Assembly: GCA_016188075.1 (NCBI GenBank)
Contig: JACPIO010000014.1
Location: forward strand, 1-60,790
DNA length: 60,790 nucleotides
Reading direction: 5' to 3'
Origin: Candidatus Wolfebacteria bacterium
Lineage (GTDB): Bacteria > Patescibacteriota > Minisyncoccia > UBA6257 > UBA9933
A model generated the notes under the pieces. That model made no database searches. It was not told the origin of the DNA and saw nothing but the letters and a program-made list of their open reading frames with translations. This document shows positions 50,537 through 60,138 of the stretch, piece after piece; position 1 is the stretch's first letter, and every line of letters begins with the position of its first letter. The position numbers and the translations under genes are program-made.

Positions 50537-52333
50537 ATGGATAATAAAACACAATATATAACCACTACGGAACTGGCCAAAATGCTTGGTATCAGCCGCG
50601 TTTCCGCGGCCAAGCGGGTTACGAAGCTCATTAAAGAGGGCGCTATTACAGCTGCGGAAAGGGGCAAGGGCTACATCATAGACAAAGATTCTCTGCCTGA
50701 TGAAATAAAAGACGAAATCCGCAAACAGCAGGATGAAGCCGCTAAAAAAATCACCGAACTTGGCAAAAAAGCAGGCCACGATCTTGAATTTGAAAAAGAG
50801 CTTTGGAAGGCCGCGGATAAATTACGCGGGAGTATTGATGCCTCCGAATACAAGCACATTGTTTTGGGTCTTTTATTTTTAAAGTATGTTTCTGATTCCT
50901 ACTATCAGCGGCGCTGGCAGTTGGAGCAATGGACGAGCGATCCGAAAAACAGGGACTATTTTATAAAAAACGAGGCGGAGAGAAAACATATCATCGGCGA
51001 TAAGGACCAGTACAAGAGCGCCGGAGTTTTCTATATTCCGGAAAAATCCCGATGGGAGCAGTTGCGAAATCACGCGATGCACCATGACATCGGAAAATAC
51101 ATTGATGAGGCGATGGAAGTGATTGAAAACGAAAACCCGAAGGAATTGAAAGGCGTATTGCCGAAAATTTACACAAAAACTACTCTGGACTATCAAATTC
51201 TCGGCGAGCTAGTAAATATTTTTTCAAAAATCAAATTTGACCACGATATAGACAAAGAAAAGGACATCCTTGGCCGCGTGTACGAATACTTTTTGGGGCA
51301 GTTCGCTTCCGCCGAAGGGAAAAGAGGCGGAGAGTTCTATACTCCGCGCTCCATTGTTCGACTTTTGGTTGAAGTATTATCGCCGTATGAAAACGCTCGT
51401 GTCTTTGATCCTGCTTGCGGGTCGGGCGGAATGTTTGTGCAGTCCAACGAGTTCTTGAAGATGCACCAAAAGGACCCGACTAAAATTTCGTTCTTCGGGC
51501 AGGAAAGCAACCCGACAACGCTTCGGCTTTGTAAGATGAATCTTGCCATCCGAGGCATCATCGGCCAAATGGAAATCGGAAATTCCTATTATGATGATAA
51601 ATTTCCAGACCTTCGCGCGGACTTCGTGCTTGCCAATCCTCCTTTTAACGCTGACTGGGAACCGGACCGGCTTTCTGACAAAGACCCGCGCATTAAATTC
51701 GGCACGCCGCCCGGAAGCAACGCCAACTTTTTATGGATTCAGCATTTTATTCATCATCTTTCGCCCAACGGAATGGCAGGTTTTGTTATGGCAAATGGGG
51801 CACTTGCAGTAGGTGGGCGTGAGGGCGAGATACGCAGAAAAATTATTGAAGAAGATTTGGTTGATGTGATTATCGCCTGTCCGCCGAAACTTTTTTACAA
51901 TGTCGCGCTTCCTGTTTCTCTCTGGTTTGTGTCTAAAAACAAAAAAAATGGTAGATTCCGAAATCGCACCGGTGAGACGCTTTTTATAGACGCGCGCGAG
52001 ACATTTGAGCAGATTTCCCGCAAGCAGGTTACATTCACTAAAGAACAAATAAAAAAAATCGCGGGTACAGTTCGCGCATGGCGTGGCGAAGTGGGCGCGG
52101 ATAAATACGAAGACATCGCTGGTTTCTGCAAAGGAGTCAAAAAAGAAGAAATCGCCAAAAACGGCTATGTCCTCACCCCCGGCCGGTATGTTGGCGTTGC
52201 GGAAGAAGAAGACGACGGGGTGCCGTTTGAGGAGAAAATGGCCGTATTAAACAAAGATTTGAATAAATACTTTGAAGAAGGTCGAAAATTAGAGATAGAA
52301 ATTAAAAGTAATTTAACCAAATTAAATATATGA
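50537..52333 (+). CDS. hsdM: Type I R-M methyltransferase subunit with an N-terminal HTH extension
   Basis: LWKAADKLRG..YKHIVLGLLFLKY, GEFYTPRSIV, DPACGSGGM, LANPPFN. The first about 80 aa are HTH-like (TTTELAKMLGISRVSAAKRV). Confidence 0.92.
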   Translation: MDNKTQYITTTELAKMLGISRVSAAKRVTKLIKEGAITAAERGKGYIIDKDSLPDEIKDEIRKQQDEAAKKITELGKKAGHDLEFEKELWKAADKLRGSIDASEYKHIVLGLLFLKYVSDSYYQRRWQLEQWTSDPKNRDYFIKNEAERKHIIGDKDQYKSAGVFYIPEKSRWEQLRNHAMHHDIGKYIDEAMEVIENENPKELKGVLPKIYTKTTLDYQILGELVNIFSKIKFDHDIDKEKDILGRVYEYFLGQFASAEGKRGGEFYTPRSIVRLLVEVLSPYENARVFDPACGSGGMFVQSNEFLKMHQKDPTKISFFGQESNPTTLRLCKMNLAIRGIIGQMEIGNSYYDDKFPDLRADFVLANPPFNADWEPDRLSDKDPRIKFGTPPGSNANFLWIQHFIHHLSPNGMAGFVMANGALAVGGREGEIRRKIIEEDLVDVIIACPPKLFYNVALPVSLWFVSKNKKNGRFRNRTGETLFIDARETFEQISRKQVTFTKEQIKKIAGTVRAWRGEVGADKYEDIAGFCKGVKKEEIAKNGYVLTPGRYVGVAEEEDDGVPFEEKMAVLNKDLNKYFEEGRKLEIEIKSNLTKLNI

Positions 52334-53352
52334 ACGAAAGACCAAGCGAAATAAACGATCAAAATGTTCTTACTGCAGATATAGAATCTATTGCTCAAGA
52401 TAGAAGATTTGATGAGCTAAAGTTTGAGAATGCAAAGGATAAATTAAGCAAGGTTCAAAAATGGCTTGTTGAAGCAAAAGAGCTAAATTTTGAAAAGCTT
52501 TTAATATCAGAAGATATAACTCGAATATCAGATATTAAAAATCAGCTAATAAAATACCTGCAAGATCTTTTAACTTTTGATAATAGGACAACAAGAGAGA
52601 ATGCTAAACAAGAACACGATAGTTTAGAAAACCAGGTTGAAAAATATTATAACGGGGCGTATCAACATATCGCGATGCGCATTCTTCCGTTTTTGAGGCA
52701 GGAAGTGGCTAGAAGTAGTGAAGATGCCAAAGAACTTGAGAAACGACAAAAATCCGCATCCCAAGCTGAAAAAAAGTATAAGGAGTTGTCCGAAAAATTA
52801 GAAACACGATTTCAAGAATTAGATCAGCAAGAGAAAGAACTTGATGAGAAAAAGAAACAAGTAGAGTCGGGGCATGGCGAGCTTGCCGCAGTACGTCTTA
52901 CCAAGCACTTTCAAGGAGAAGCTGATAATTATGCAGAACTATCGAACAACTGGTTAAAAATAAGATCTAAATTTTACTGGGGCATTATAATCATAATTCT
53001 TATATTGGCAGCTATTTATTTTTATGTCGGATGGGAAAAGATTTCTTTACAGTTGGGAGTTGCAAAAATAATATTTTTGTCTGCCCTGTGGTATGGATTA
53101 GCTTTTGCCACTCGCAATTATAACATCAACTCTCATTTAGCAGCCGTAAATAGACATCGGGCAGCAGTTGCGCGTACCCTCGAAGATTTTCTAGAATCGA
53201 ACCCAGAAAGAAAATCAGAGATGTTAAAAAATGCCACCGAAGCCATGTTCAAACATGCACCGATTGGTTTTGTTACAAAAGCGGAAAAAGATTCCGGAAA
53301 CCCTCTTTTTGAGATTATAAATAAAATTATTAATCCGAGGGACGGTCAATAG
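52330..53352 (+). CDS. Coiled-coil protein with two C-proximal TM helices (R-M-embedded)
   Basis: The start overlaps the hsdM stop (ATGA). Long E/K-rich helix, then YWGIIIIILILAAIYFYVGW and IIFLSALWYGLAFA. Confidence 0.6.
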   Translation: MNERPSEINDQNVLTADIESIAQDRRFDELKFENAKDKLSKVQKWLVEAKELNFEKLLISEDITRISDIKNQLIKYLQDLLTFDNRTTRENAKQEHDSLENQVEKYYNGAYQHIAMRILPFLRQEVARSSEDAKELEKRQKSASQAEKKYKELSEKLETRFQELDQQEKELDEKKKQVESGHGELAAVRLTKHFQGEADNYAELSNNWLKIRSKFYWGIIIIILILAAIYFYVGWEKISLQLGVAKIIFLSALWYGLAFATRNYNINSHLAAVNRHRAAVARTLEDFLESNPERKSEMLKNATEAMFKHAPIGFVTKAEKDSGNPLFEIINKIINPRDGQ

Positions 53353-53358
53353 TGATTT

Positions 53359-53424
53359 ATGAATCAAACAATTAAAGATACGACTTGGCGGAAGGTGAAG
53401 TTGGTAAGAAAAATTTATGAATAA
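53359..53424 (+). pseudogene. Remnant of an hsdS 5' end
   Basis: MNQTIKDTTWRKVKL... parallels the hsdS N-terminus MKTNIKTTWWKVKL. 23 of 25 nt are identical (53380-53404 versus 54261-54285). Confidence 0.5.
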
Positions 53425-54253
53425 CATACAGATTGAGCAATTCGATAAGCGACTCAGAGAGCTTGGTAAATTTACCCAAGACCGTGACGGTGGCTACAAA
53501 GAAACGGAAATCATCGACTGGATTGCTGATTGCACAAACCTTTTCTATGAAGTTGGGGTTGATTCTGTGGCAATTCGCCACTTTTTGGATTACTTCAATT
53601 TTAGGATTGAAGAAGTAAAAATTAATAATGACATGGTTATATTCCCAGGCCATAATGACCGTTTTGAAAAAGTAAGGGTCATAGGCCCTTTTCAGGAGGA
53701 GTATAACGATGATGGTTTCTTTCGCCGCAAAACGGGGAATTATATTTTGGCGGGTAGCTTCTATTATGCGAGGGTTGCTTTTTCAGCAGCAAAAAATACC
53801 CTGAAAAGAAAAATCGAAGAAAAGAGACTTGTGCCTTTCTGGCTTGTTGAACAAACAGCGACTCAAGACAAACTCAAACATCTTACCTCATCGTTAGAGT
53901 TGATTGAAAATAAATATGAACAAAGGGATGCTCACGGCCTTGTCACAGAATCTATCACCCTACTGGATAGTGTTTTAAATTTAGATGAGGATTTGAAAAC
54001 AAAAGACAGTATAGGAGGTAAATTAAACTCATTAATTGAGAATGAATCGAAGCGCCAATCTTTTGGTGTAAGCAGAGATTTAGTTGTGGGTCTTAACAGC
54101 GGCCGAATCTTAAGAAACGAGAAAGTGATTCACAAAGAAGCACCGCTGAAATACGAAATACCTTTTTTGATCGCCACGAGTTTTGCGTATTTGGTTTTAT
54201 TTTTTGTAGAGTGTGCCATTTTAAATGGAAAAGTTATTCATTATGAAAACTAA
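53417..54253 (+). CDS. Hypothetical protein with a HEPN-type motif (R-M-embedded)
   Basis: 278 aa. C-terminal GRILRNEKVIH fits R-[NDH]-x(4-5)-H. Confidence 0.55.
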   Translation: MNNIQIEQFDKRLRELGKFTQDRDGGYKETEIIDWIADCTNLFYEVGVDSVAIRHFLDYFNFRIEEVKINNDMVIFPGHNDRFEKVRVIGPFQEEYNDDGFFRRKTGNYILAGSFYYARVAFSAAKNTLKRKIEEKRLVPFWLVEQTATQDKLKHLTSSLELIENKYEQRDAHGLVTESITLLDSVLNLDEDLKTKDSIGGKLNSLIENESKRQSFGVSRDLVVGLNSGRILRNEKVIHKEAPLKYEIPFLIATSFAYLVLFFVECAILNGKVIHYEN

Positions 54254-55478
54254 TATCAAAACAACTTGGTGGAAGGTGAAGTTGGGAGAATTTGCAAACA
54301 TAAACCCAACGGTTCAGCTTCAACGCGGCAAAGAGTATTCATTTTTGGATATGGCGGATGTCACGCCGCTTTCGCGCACAACAAACTGGCAAAAGCGGAA
54401 AATTTTCAAAGGTTCCGGGGCGAGATTTGAAGAGGGCGACACTCTATTTGCTCGCATTACTCCTTGTTTAGAGAATGGAAAGATAACGCAAGCTCAAGAG
54501 CTAAAAAGTCCCGCGTTCGGATCAACTGAATTCTATGTATTACGTGGCATACAAGGTGTATCTGACAGCGACTTTATTCATTATTTATCTCGCACATTCC
54601 GTATCCGAAAACTAGCCGAAGGAAGCATGGTTGGTGCTTCTGGTCGTCAGCGTGTAGAACGCGTTGCTTTTGAAAATATAGAGACAGAAGTTCCAGAAAG
54701 TCTAGAGATCCAAAAACGCATTGCGGACATTCTTTCCGCTTTTGATGACAAGATTGAACTGAACAATAAAATCAGCAAAAATTTGGAGGCAACGGCGCAG
54801 GCGATTTTTAAGGAGTGGTTTGTAAATTTCCGTTTTCCCGGCCATGAAAAAATAAAAATGATTGATTCTGAATTGGGGGAAATTCCAGAGGGGTGGGGGG
54901 TGAAAATGTTGCCCGAGGTTTTTGATTTTCTTGAAGGGCCTGGCATTAGAAACTGGCAATATGCCCCAGAGGGGTGCCGCTTCATCAACATTCGTCTTAT
55001 CCAAAATAATGATATAGACATTAAGTCAGCAAATTCCATTTCAGAAAAAGAAGCAAATGGAAAATATAAACATTTTCACCTTCAAGAGCGAGATATGGTC
55101 GTATCAACATCAGGAACGCTTGGAAGATTGGCCATCGTTAGAGAAGAACACCTGCCATTATTACTTAACACCTCGGTCATTAGATTTAAGCCAAAAGATA
55201 AGCAGAACTACGGCTTTATGTACCAATTCCTAAATTCCGCTTACTTCCAAAACAAGGTATTAAGTATGGCATCAGGAAGCGCACAACCAAACTTTGGCCC
55301 AGTACACTTAAAACAAATTGAGGTGCTTATGCCGGACAAGAGCATATTGGGTACTTTTGGAAGTTCGGTAAATTCAATTTACGAAAGAATCATCGCCATT
55401 AAATCAGAAAACCAAAAATTAGCCGCGCTCCGCGATTTGCTTTTACCAAAGTTAATGAGTGGGGAGATTCTTGTTTAA
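54243..55478 (+). CDS. hsdS: Type I R-M specificity subunit
   Basis: Two TRD halves with conserved spacers (ILSAFDDKIELNNKI...; LAALRDLLLPKLMSGEI). The track ORF starts at 54225. Confidence 0.9.
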   Translation: MKTNIKTTWWKVKLGEFANINPTVQLQRGKEYSFLDMADVTPLSRTTNWQKRKIFKGSGARFEEGDTLFARITPCLENGKITQAQELKSPAFGSTEFYVLRGIQGVSDSDFIHYLSRTFRIRKLAEGSMVGASGRQRVERVAFENIETEVPESLEIQKRIADILSAFDDKIELNNKISKNLEATAQAIFKEWFVNFRFPGHEKIKMIDSELGEIPEGWGVKMLPEVFDFLEGPGIRNWQYAPEGCRFINIRLIQNNDIDIKSANSISEKEANGKYKHFHLQERDMVVSTSGTLGRLAIVREEHLPLLLNTSVIRFKPKDKQNYGFMYQFLNSAYFQNKVLSMASGSAQPNFGPVHLKQIEVLMPDKSILGTFGSSVNSIYERIIAIKSENQKLAALRDLLLPKLMSGEILV

Positions 55479-55481
55479 ATT

Positions 55482-56444
55482 ATGAAATCCCGACATCAAA
55501 TTTTATTGGATAATTCAATTTCAGCCACACTTGCTGGAATTGAGATTTATAACAAGCCGATTTTTTCAAATAGAGAAGCTAGTTTCTGTTTTCAAATTGT
55601 GAATGCCTGGGAACTTTTGCTAAAGGCAAAAATCCTCAAAAACAATCGTAATCAACTTAAACATATCTATAAATACGAGGGACGATTTATTAAACGAAAT
55701 CGATCCAGTAACCCAATGACCATTGGCATTTATGAGGCATTTGGGAAAATAAGAAATCTTGACACGCGAATCAAGAGTAATCTTGAGGAATTAATAGCTA
55801 TTCGTGACGCCGCTACTCATTTTTATTACAAATCAAAAGCACTTCCGTATTTGGTGTTTACGCTCGGCACAGCAGCATTAAGGAATTACGAAAAATGTTG
55901 TCGCGATTGGTTTTCCACAAATCTAGATAAATATAACTTCTACATTTTGCCGATAGGGTTCGGTTATACATTTCAAACCTTTTCTAAACTTACTACGCGA
56001 GACGAAACAGAAGAAATAGCAAACATTATGCGTTCTGTTTCAAAAAAACAATCGCGCTTAAAGTCGGCATCACCTACGGATTTTCAGTTTATCTGCGAGA
56101 TTAAAATTCAAACAGTTTCGGTCAAGAAAGCGAAGGACGCCGACATAGTTGCAAGTATTGATAGTAGCGGGGCAGACGCTCAATTTATAGAACGCGAGGT
56201 TAATAAATTAGACAAATATCCATATACTTTTAGGCAGATTCTAGCTGAGGCAAAGAAACAAAAGAATATCAAACCAAATAAATTATCAAGTTTTATAAGA
56301 GAGCGGAACATTAAGGACAATCCGGCATATCACGACTATACCTACCGAAGCAAGAAACACGAATCAGAAAATAAACCATCTTCTGATATTTATAACTACG
56401 CCTTTTTGCAATTAGTAATTAATGATCCGTACTTTAAATCATGA
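55482..56444 (+). CDS. Hypothetical protein with a HEPN-type motif (R-M-embedded)
   Basis: Starts 3 nt after the hsdS stop, and its stop overlaps the hsdR start (ATGA). IAIRDAATHFYY fits R-D-x3-H. Confidence 0.55.
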   Translation: MKSRHQILLDNSISATLAGIEIYNKPIFSNREASFCFQIVNAWELLLKAKILKNNRNQLKHIYKYEGRFIKRNRSSNPMTIGIYEAFGKIRNLDTRIKSNLEELIAIRDAATHFYYKSKALPYLVFTLGTAALRNYEKCCRDWFSTNLDKYNFYILPIGFGYTFQTFSKLTTRDETEEIANIMRSVSKKQSRLKSASPTDFQFICEIKIQTVSVKKAKDADIVASIDSSGADAQFIEREVNKLDKYPYTFRQILAEAKKQKNIKPNKLSSFIRERNIKDNPAYHDYTYRSKKHESENKPSSDIYNYAFLQLVINDPYFKS

Positions 56445-59400
56445 AAAAACTTAACGAAGACACACTAACCGAACAGCCGGTCATAGAGTGGTTCAAGGAG
56501 ATGGGCTATGACCACGAAAAAGGGCCTGACATAGCGCCTGGACAAATTACCGGCGAGCGCGAGGACTTTCGCGAGGTAGTTTTGGTTGGACGGCTTAAGC
56601 GGTATATTCGTCGTCTCAATCCTGATTTACCGGAAGCCGCTATTGATGATGTCGCGCGGAGTTTGAAATCAGAACATCCGAATTTGGAAATCGCGAATAA
56701 AGAAATTTATACTATGCTGACGCAAGGTGTGCGCGTTAATTTTCGGGGCGCGGACGAAGAAGATATTTGGCGATTCGCGAAAATTGTTGATTTTGATAAC
56801 CCCCAGAATAATGAATTTCTTGTCATCAATCAATTCGCGATTCAGGGATCGGAAAAGGTTCGCCGACCGGATGTGGTTGTTTTTGTAAACGGAATCCCGC
56901 TTGCGATTTTCGAACTCAAAAACCCAGCGCTTGAAAATGCGACAATCTACACTGCCTATGAGCAGCTGCGGGAGTATAAAAAAGATATTCCGGAGATCTT
57001 CAAATACAATCAGGTACTTGTTGTTGGCGATTTAATTGAAGCGAGACACGGCACAATTTCATCGTCGTGGGAGTGGTTTTCGCACTGGAAAGGCATTGAA
57101 AGCGAAGATGAGCAGAATCACGGCATTTCTGAGCTTGAAACCTTAGCGCGAGGAATTTTTCATAAAATTCGATTTTTGGATATTGTCCGGAACTTTATTA
57201 TTTTTGAGGCCGATGCCGAAAAAGACGCAAGTAAATTCACAAAAAAGATGGCAATGTACCATCAATACTTTGGCGTAAACAAAGCCGTGAATGAGACTTT
57301 GCGCGCCGCAAAGCCGAGGGGAAATAAAAAAATCGGTGTTTTCTGGCATACGCAAGGATCGGGCAAATCGCTTTCAATGGTTTTTTATACAAACAAAGCC
57401 AAGCGGTTGGAAGAATTAAAAAGCCCGACATTTGTATTTTTGACTGACAGAAACGATCTTGATGGACAGTTTTATAAAACATTTTTGCGAAGTGGCTATC
57501 CAAGCGCGAAGCAAGCGGAAAGCGTCACTGGATTGAAAGAAAGATTACGCGAAGCGGCCGGCGAACTTATTTTTACGACAATTCAGAAATTTGATACTGA
57601 ATATGAGGTTTTGAGCGAACGAGAAAATATCATTGTTATTGCGGACGAAGCGCATCGCTCGCAGTATGCGAAATTTGCTGGCAATGTCCGAGTTGCTTTA
57701 CCGAACGCCTCGTTCATGGGCATCACGGGTACCCCGATAAGTCTGCAAAATCGCGAAACGCGACTTGTATTTGGAAACCACATCAGCGAATACAAGATAA
57801 ACCAAGCCGTAGAAGACGGCGCAACCGTTCCGATTTATTACGAAGGTCGCCTCGTGCCTTTGCATCTGGCGAATCAATTTATTGATGAGGAGTTTGAGGA
57901 CTTGACCGGCGAGATAGAATTTGAGGCAAAAGAAGTGTACAAGCGTAAATGGGCGCGACTTGAGCAAGCCGTAAGCGCAAAAGATCGTCTGGAGCAAGTG
58001 GCAAAAGATATAGTTTCGCATTTTAACAATCGCGGGCTTGAGGGAAAAGGAATGATTGTGACAATTTCGAGAAAGACGGCGGTTGAGATGTATAAAATAA
58101 TTTCAAAGTTATTGAGCGCGCCCGCCTACGCCGACCTGCGCTTCGCCGATGGCTCCATCAAGGCGAGGGCTTCGGCGGGCAAGCCGGAAGTGGCGGTTGT
58201 TATTTCAAAACCGGAAGATTTTCCGGAACTTCATCAAAGCAGAGATACAAAAGAGCTGGAAAAAAGATTTAAAAATCCCGATGACTCATTGAAACTCGTG
58301 ATTGTATGCGATATGTGGTTGACCGGCTTTGATGTTCCTTCGCTTCACACTATGTATATTGATAAGCCGCTCAAAAATCATACCTTGATGCAAGCGATAG
58401 CTCGCGTCAATAGAATTTTTAAGGACAAGCCCGGCGGTCTTATCGTGGACTATATTGGAATTGCTGACGATCTAAAGAAAGCCCTCTCAATTTATAGTTC
58501 AGGCATACAGAAGGAGGCAATGATACCGATTGAGGAAATTATTGCCAAGATGATGGAAAAATACGATATCGTTCGCGCGATGTTTGCTGGCGTTGAATAC
58601 AAGGAATGGAAGAAGCTGAAAGGCTCGGACCTGGCGCAGCTATTTCAAAAAGCGGTCAATACGATTATCACGAACGAAAGAAGCGGAATGGTTGATGATG
58701 AACAGAAAAAACGATTTGCGAAAGAAACAGAACTACTCTCACAGCTTTTTGCATTTGCTATGCCGCACAAGGAAGCAAACGCCATACGAAATGAAGTTGA
58801 ATTTTTCCAAGCAGTGAAGCGTGCGGTTATTAAACGGATAATCATCCAGCCCGAAGGCATTGGGTTTGATATTGAATCTGCTGTACGAGAGCTTGTTTCC
58901 AAGGCCATATCTGCCGAGGGAGTCATTGATATTTTTGACATGAAGGGCAAAGGAAGGCCGGACATTTCTATTTTTGATGAGAAGTTTTTGGAAGAGGTGA
59001 AAAATCTGAAGTACAAGAATCTTTCCGTGGATGTGCTTCGCAAACTCTTGAATGATGAGCTCCGAGTGAGGATGAGGAAAAATCTGGTTCGTTACAAATC
59101 GCTTCTTGATATGTTGGAAGATATAATTGAAAAATACGAAAACAACATCATCAATTCCACGAAAGTTATTGAGAAACTGATTGAATTGGCAAAGGAAATC
59201 CGGAAGGTTGAGAAACAGGGCGAAGGCATCGGCTTGTCAGAGGAAGAAATGGCGTTTTATGATGCGATATCCGTCGGACGCAAAGCAATCAACGGAAATG
59301 GAAAATTTAAGGAATTGGTACGCGAGCTTGTAAAAATCATCAAGAGAGATTTGGCGATTGATTGGATGAATAATGATATAATCAAAGCGAGGATTCGTGC

Positions 59401-59521
59401 GAATGTTAAGCTGCTATTGTTACGAAAAGGATACAAGGCGGAAGAAAGCGAAAAGGTTTTAGATTTGATATATCAACAAGCATTTTCATTGTACAGAGAT
59501 TTTGTGCCAGCTATGGCGTAA
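56441..59521 (+). CDS. hsdR: Type I restriction enzyme R subunit
   Basis: RPDVVVFVNGIPL nuclease region, GSGKS, VIADEAHRSQ, GITGTPI, QAIARVNR. Confidence 0.95.
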   Translation: MKKLNEDTLTEQPVIEWFKEMGYDHEKGPDIAPGQITGEREDFREVVLVGRLKRYIRRLNPDLPEAAIDDVARSLKSEHPNLEIANKEIYTMLTQGVRVNFRGADEEDIWRFAKIVDFDNPQNNEFLVINQFAIQGSEKVRRPDVVVFVNGIPLAIFELKNPALENATIYTAYEQLREYKKDIPEIFKYNQVLVVGDLIEARHGTISSSWEWFSHWKGIESEDEQNHGISELETLARGIFHKIRFLDIVRNFIIFEADAEKDASKFTKKMAMYHQYFGVNKAVNETLRAAKPRGNKKIGVFWHTQGSGKSLSMVFYTNKAKRLEELKSPTFVFLTDRNDLDGQFYKTFLRSGYPSAKQAESVTGLKERLREAAGELIFTTIQKFDTEYEVLSERENIIVIADEAHRSQYAKFAGNVRVALPNASFMGITGTPISLQNRETRLVFGNHISEYKINQAVEDGATVPIYYEGRLVPLHLANQFIDEEFEDLTGEIEFEAKEVYKRKWARLEQAVSAKDRLEQVAKDIVSHFNNRGLEGKGMIVTISRKTAVEMYKIISKLLSAPAYADLRFADGSIKARASAGKPEVAVVISKPEDFPELHQSRDTKELEKRFKNPDDSLKLVIVCDMWLTGFDVPSLHTMYIDKPLKNHTLMQAIARVNRIFKDKPGGLIVDYIGIADDLKKALSIYSSGIQKEAMIPIEEIIAKMMEKYDIVRAMFAGVEYKEWKKLKGSDLAQLFQKAVNTIITNERSGMVDDEQKKRFAKETELLSQLFAFAMPHKEANAIRNEVEFFQAVKRAVIKRIIIQPEGIGFDIESAVRELVSKAISAEGVIDIFDMKGKGRPDISIFDEKFLEEVKNLKYKNLSVDVLRKLLNDELRVRMRKNLVRYKSLLDMLEDIIEKYENNIINSTKVIEKLIELAKEIRKVEKQGEGIGLSEEEMAFYDAISVGRKAINGNGKFKELVRELVKIIKRDLAIDWMNNDIIKARIRANVKLLLLRKGYKAEESEKVLDLIYQQAFSLYRDFVPAMA

Positions 59522-59538
59522 AAATCGTCGACAAAATT

Positions 59539-59889
59539 ATGACTCTCATTCTCATCTCCATAATTATTTTTCTGGCCGCGGCGGTTGTGGCGCTGGTTGT
59601 TTTCGCGCGCAAAGAGGCGGGGAAACACGGCACAAGCGTGAAGGAAGAATTTGTCGGGATCTGCGCCTCGGCCATTGAAACGGCTTCGCAGAAGGAGGCT
59701 CGCAAGGAAAGCGCGCTCGCGTATCTACGCTCGCGCGGTGAGCTTTCCAACTCCGAAATCCGCAAAGCGCTTGGTGTTTCCAGCCGTACAGCCGTGCGCT
59801 ATCTGGACGAATTGGAGGCGGAAGGAAAAGTGGAACAGGTCGGCAAAATCGGCCACACCGTCACTTATCGTCTAAAACACACCGCCTAG
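59539..59889 (+). CDS. Membrane-anchored winged-HTH protein
   Basis: N-terminal TM helix. SNSEIRKALGVSSRTAVRYLDELEAEGKV. Confidence 0.55.
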   Translation: MTLILISIIIFLAAAVVALVVFARKEAGKHGTSVKEEFVGICASAIETASQKEARKESALAYLRSRGELSNSEIRKALGVSSRTAVRYLDELEAEGKVEQVGKIGHTVTYRLKHTA

Positions 59890-59893
59890 AATA

Positions 59894-59927
59894 AACATTC
59901 CAACATTCTGCAGAATGTTGGAATGTT
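59894..59927 (+). terminator. Hairpin AACATTCCAACATTC tgca GAATGTTGGAATGTT
   Basis: Same stem as 10749..10789. No T-run here. Confidence 0.5.
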
Positions 59928-60138
59928 GCGAATACGCCACCCGCCTGGCGTATTGAGAGCGAGGTGCTCCCTCCAGAAGCGGGCAGGCACCACGGAGGAC
60001 CCCAGTAGTAGAGCGCAAAGCGTTCACTACGGGGCAAGGATTAAAATTGTGGAAAATAAATAAAATTATGAATAATCAAAACTCAAAAAAATATTTGCTT
60101 CAGTTTTAGTCCGTCCAATGAAGTGATAATATAAGCTC

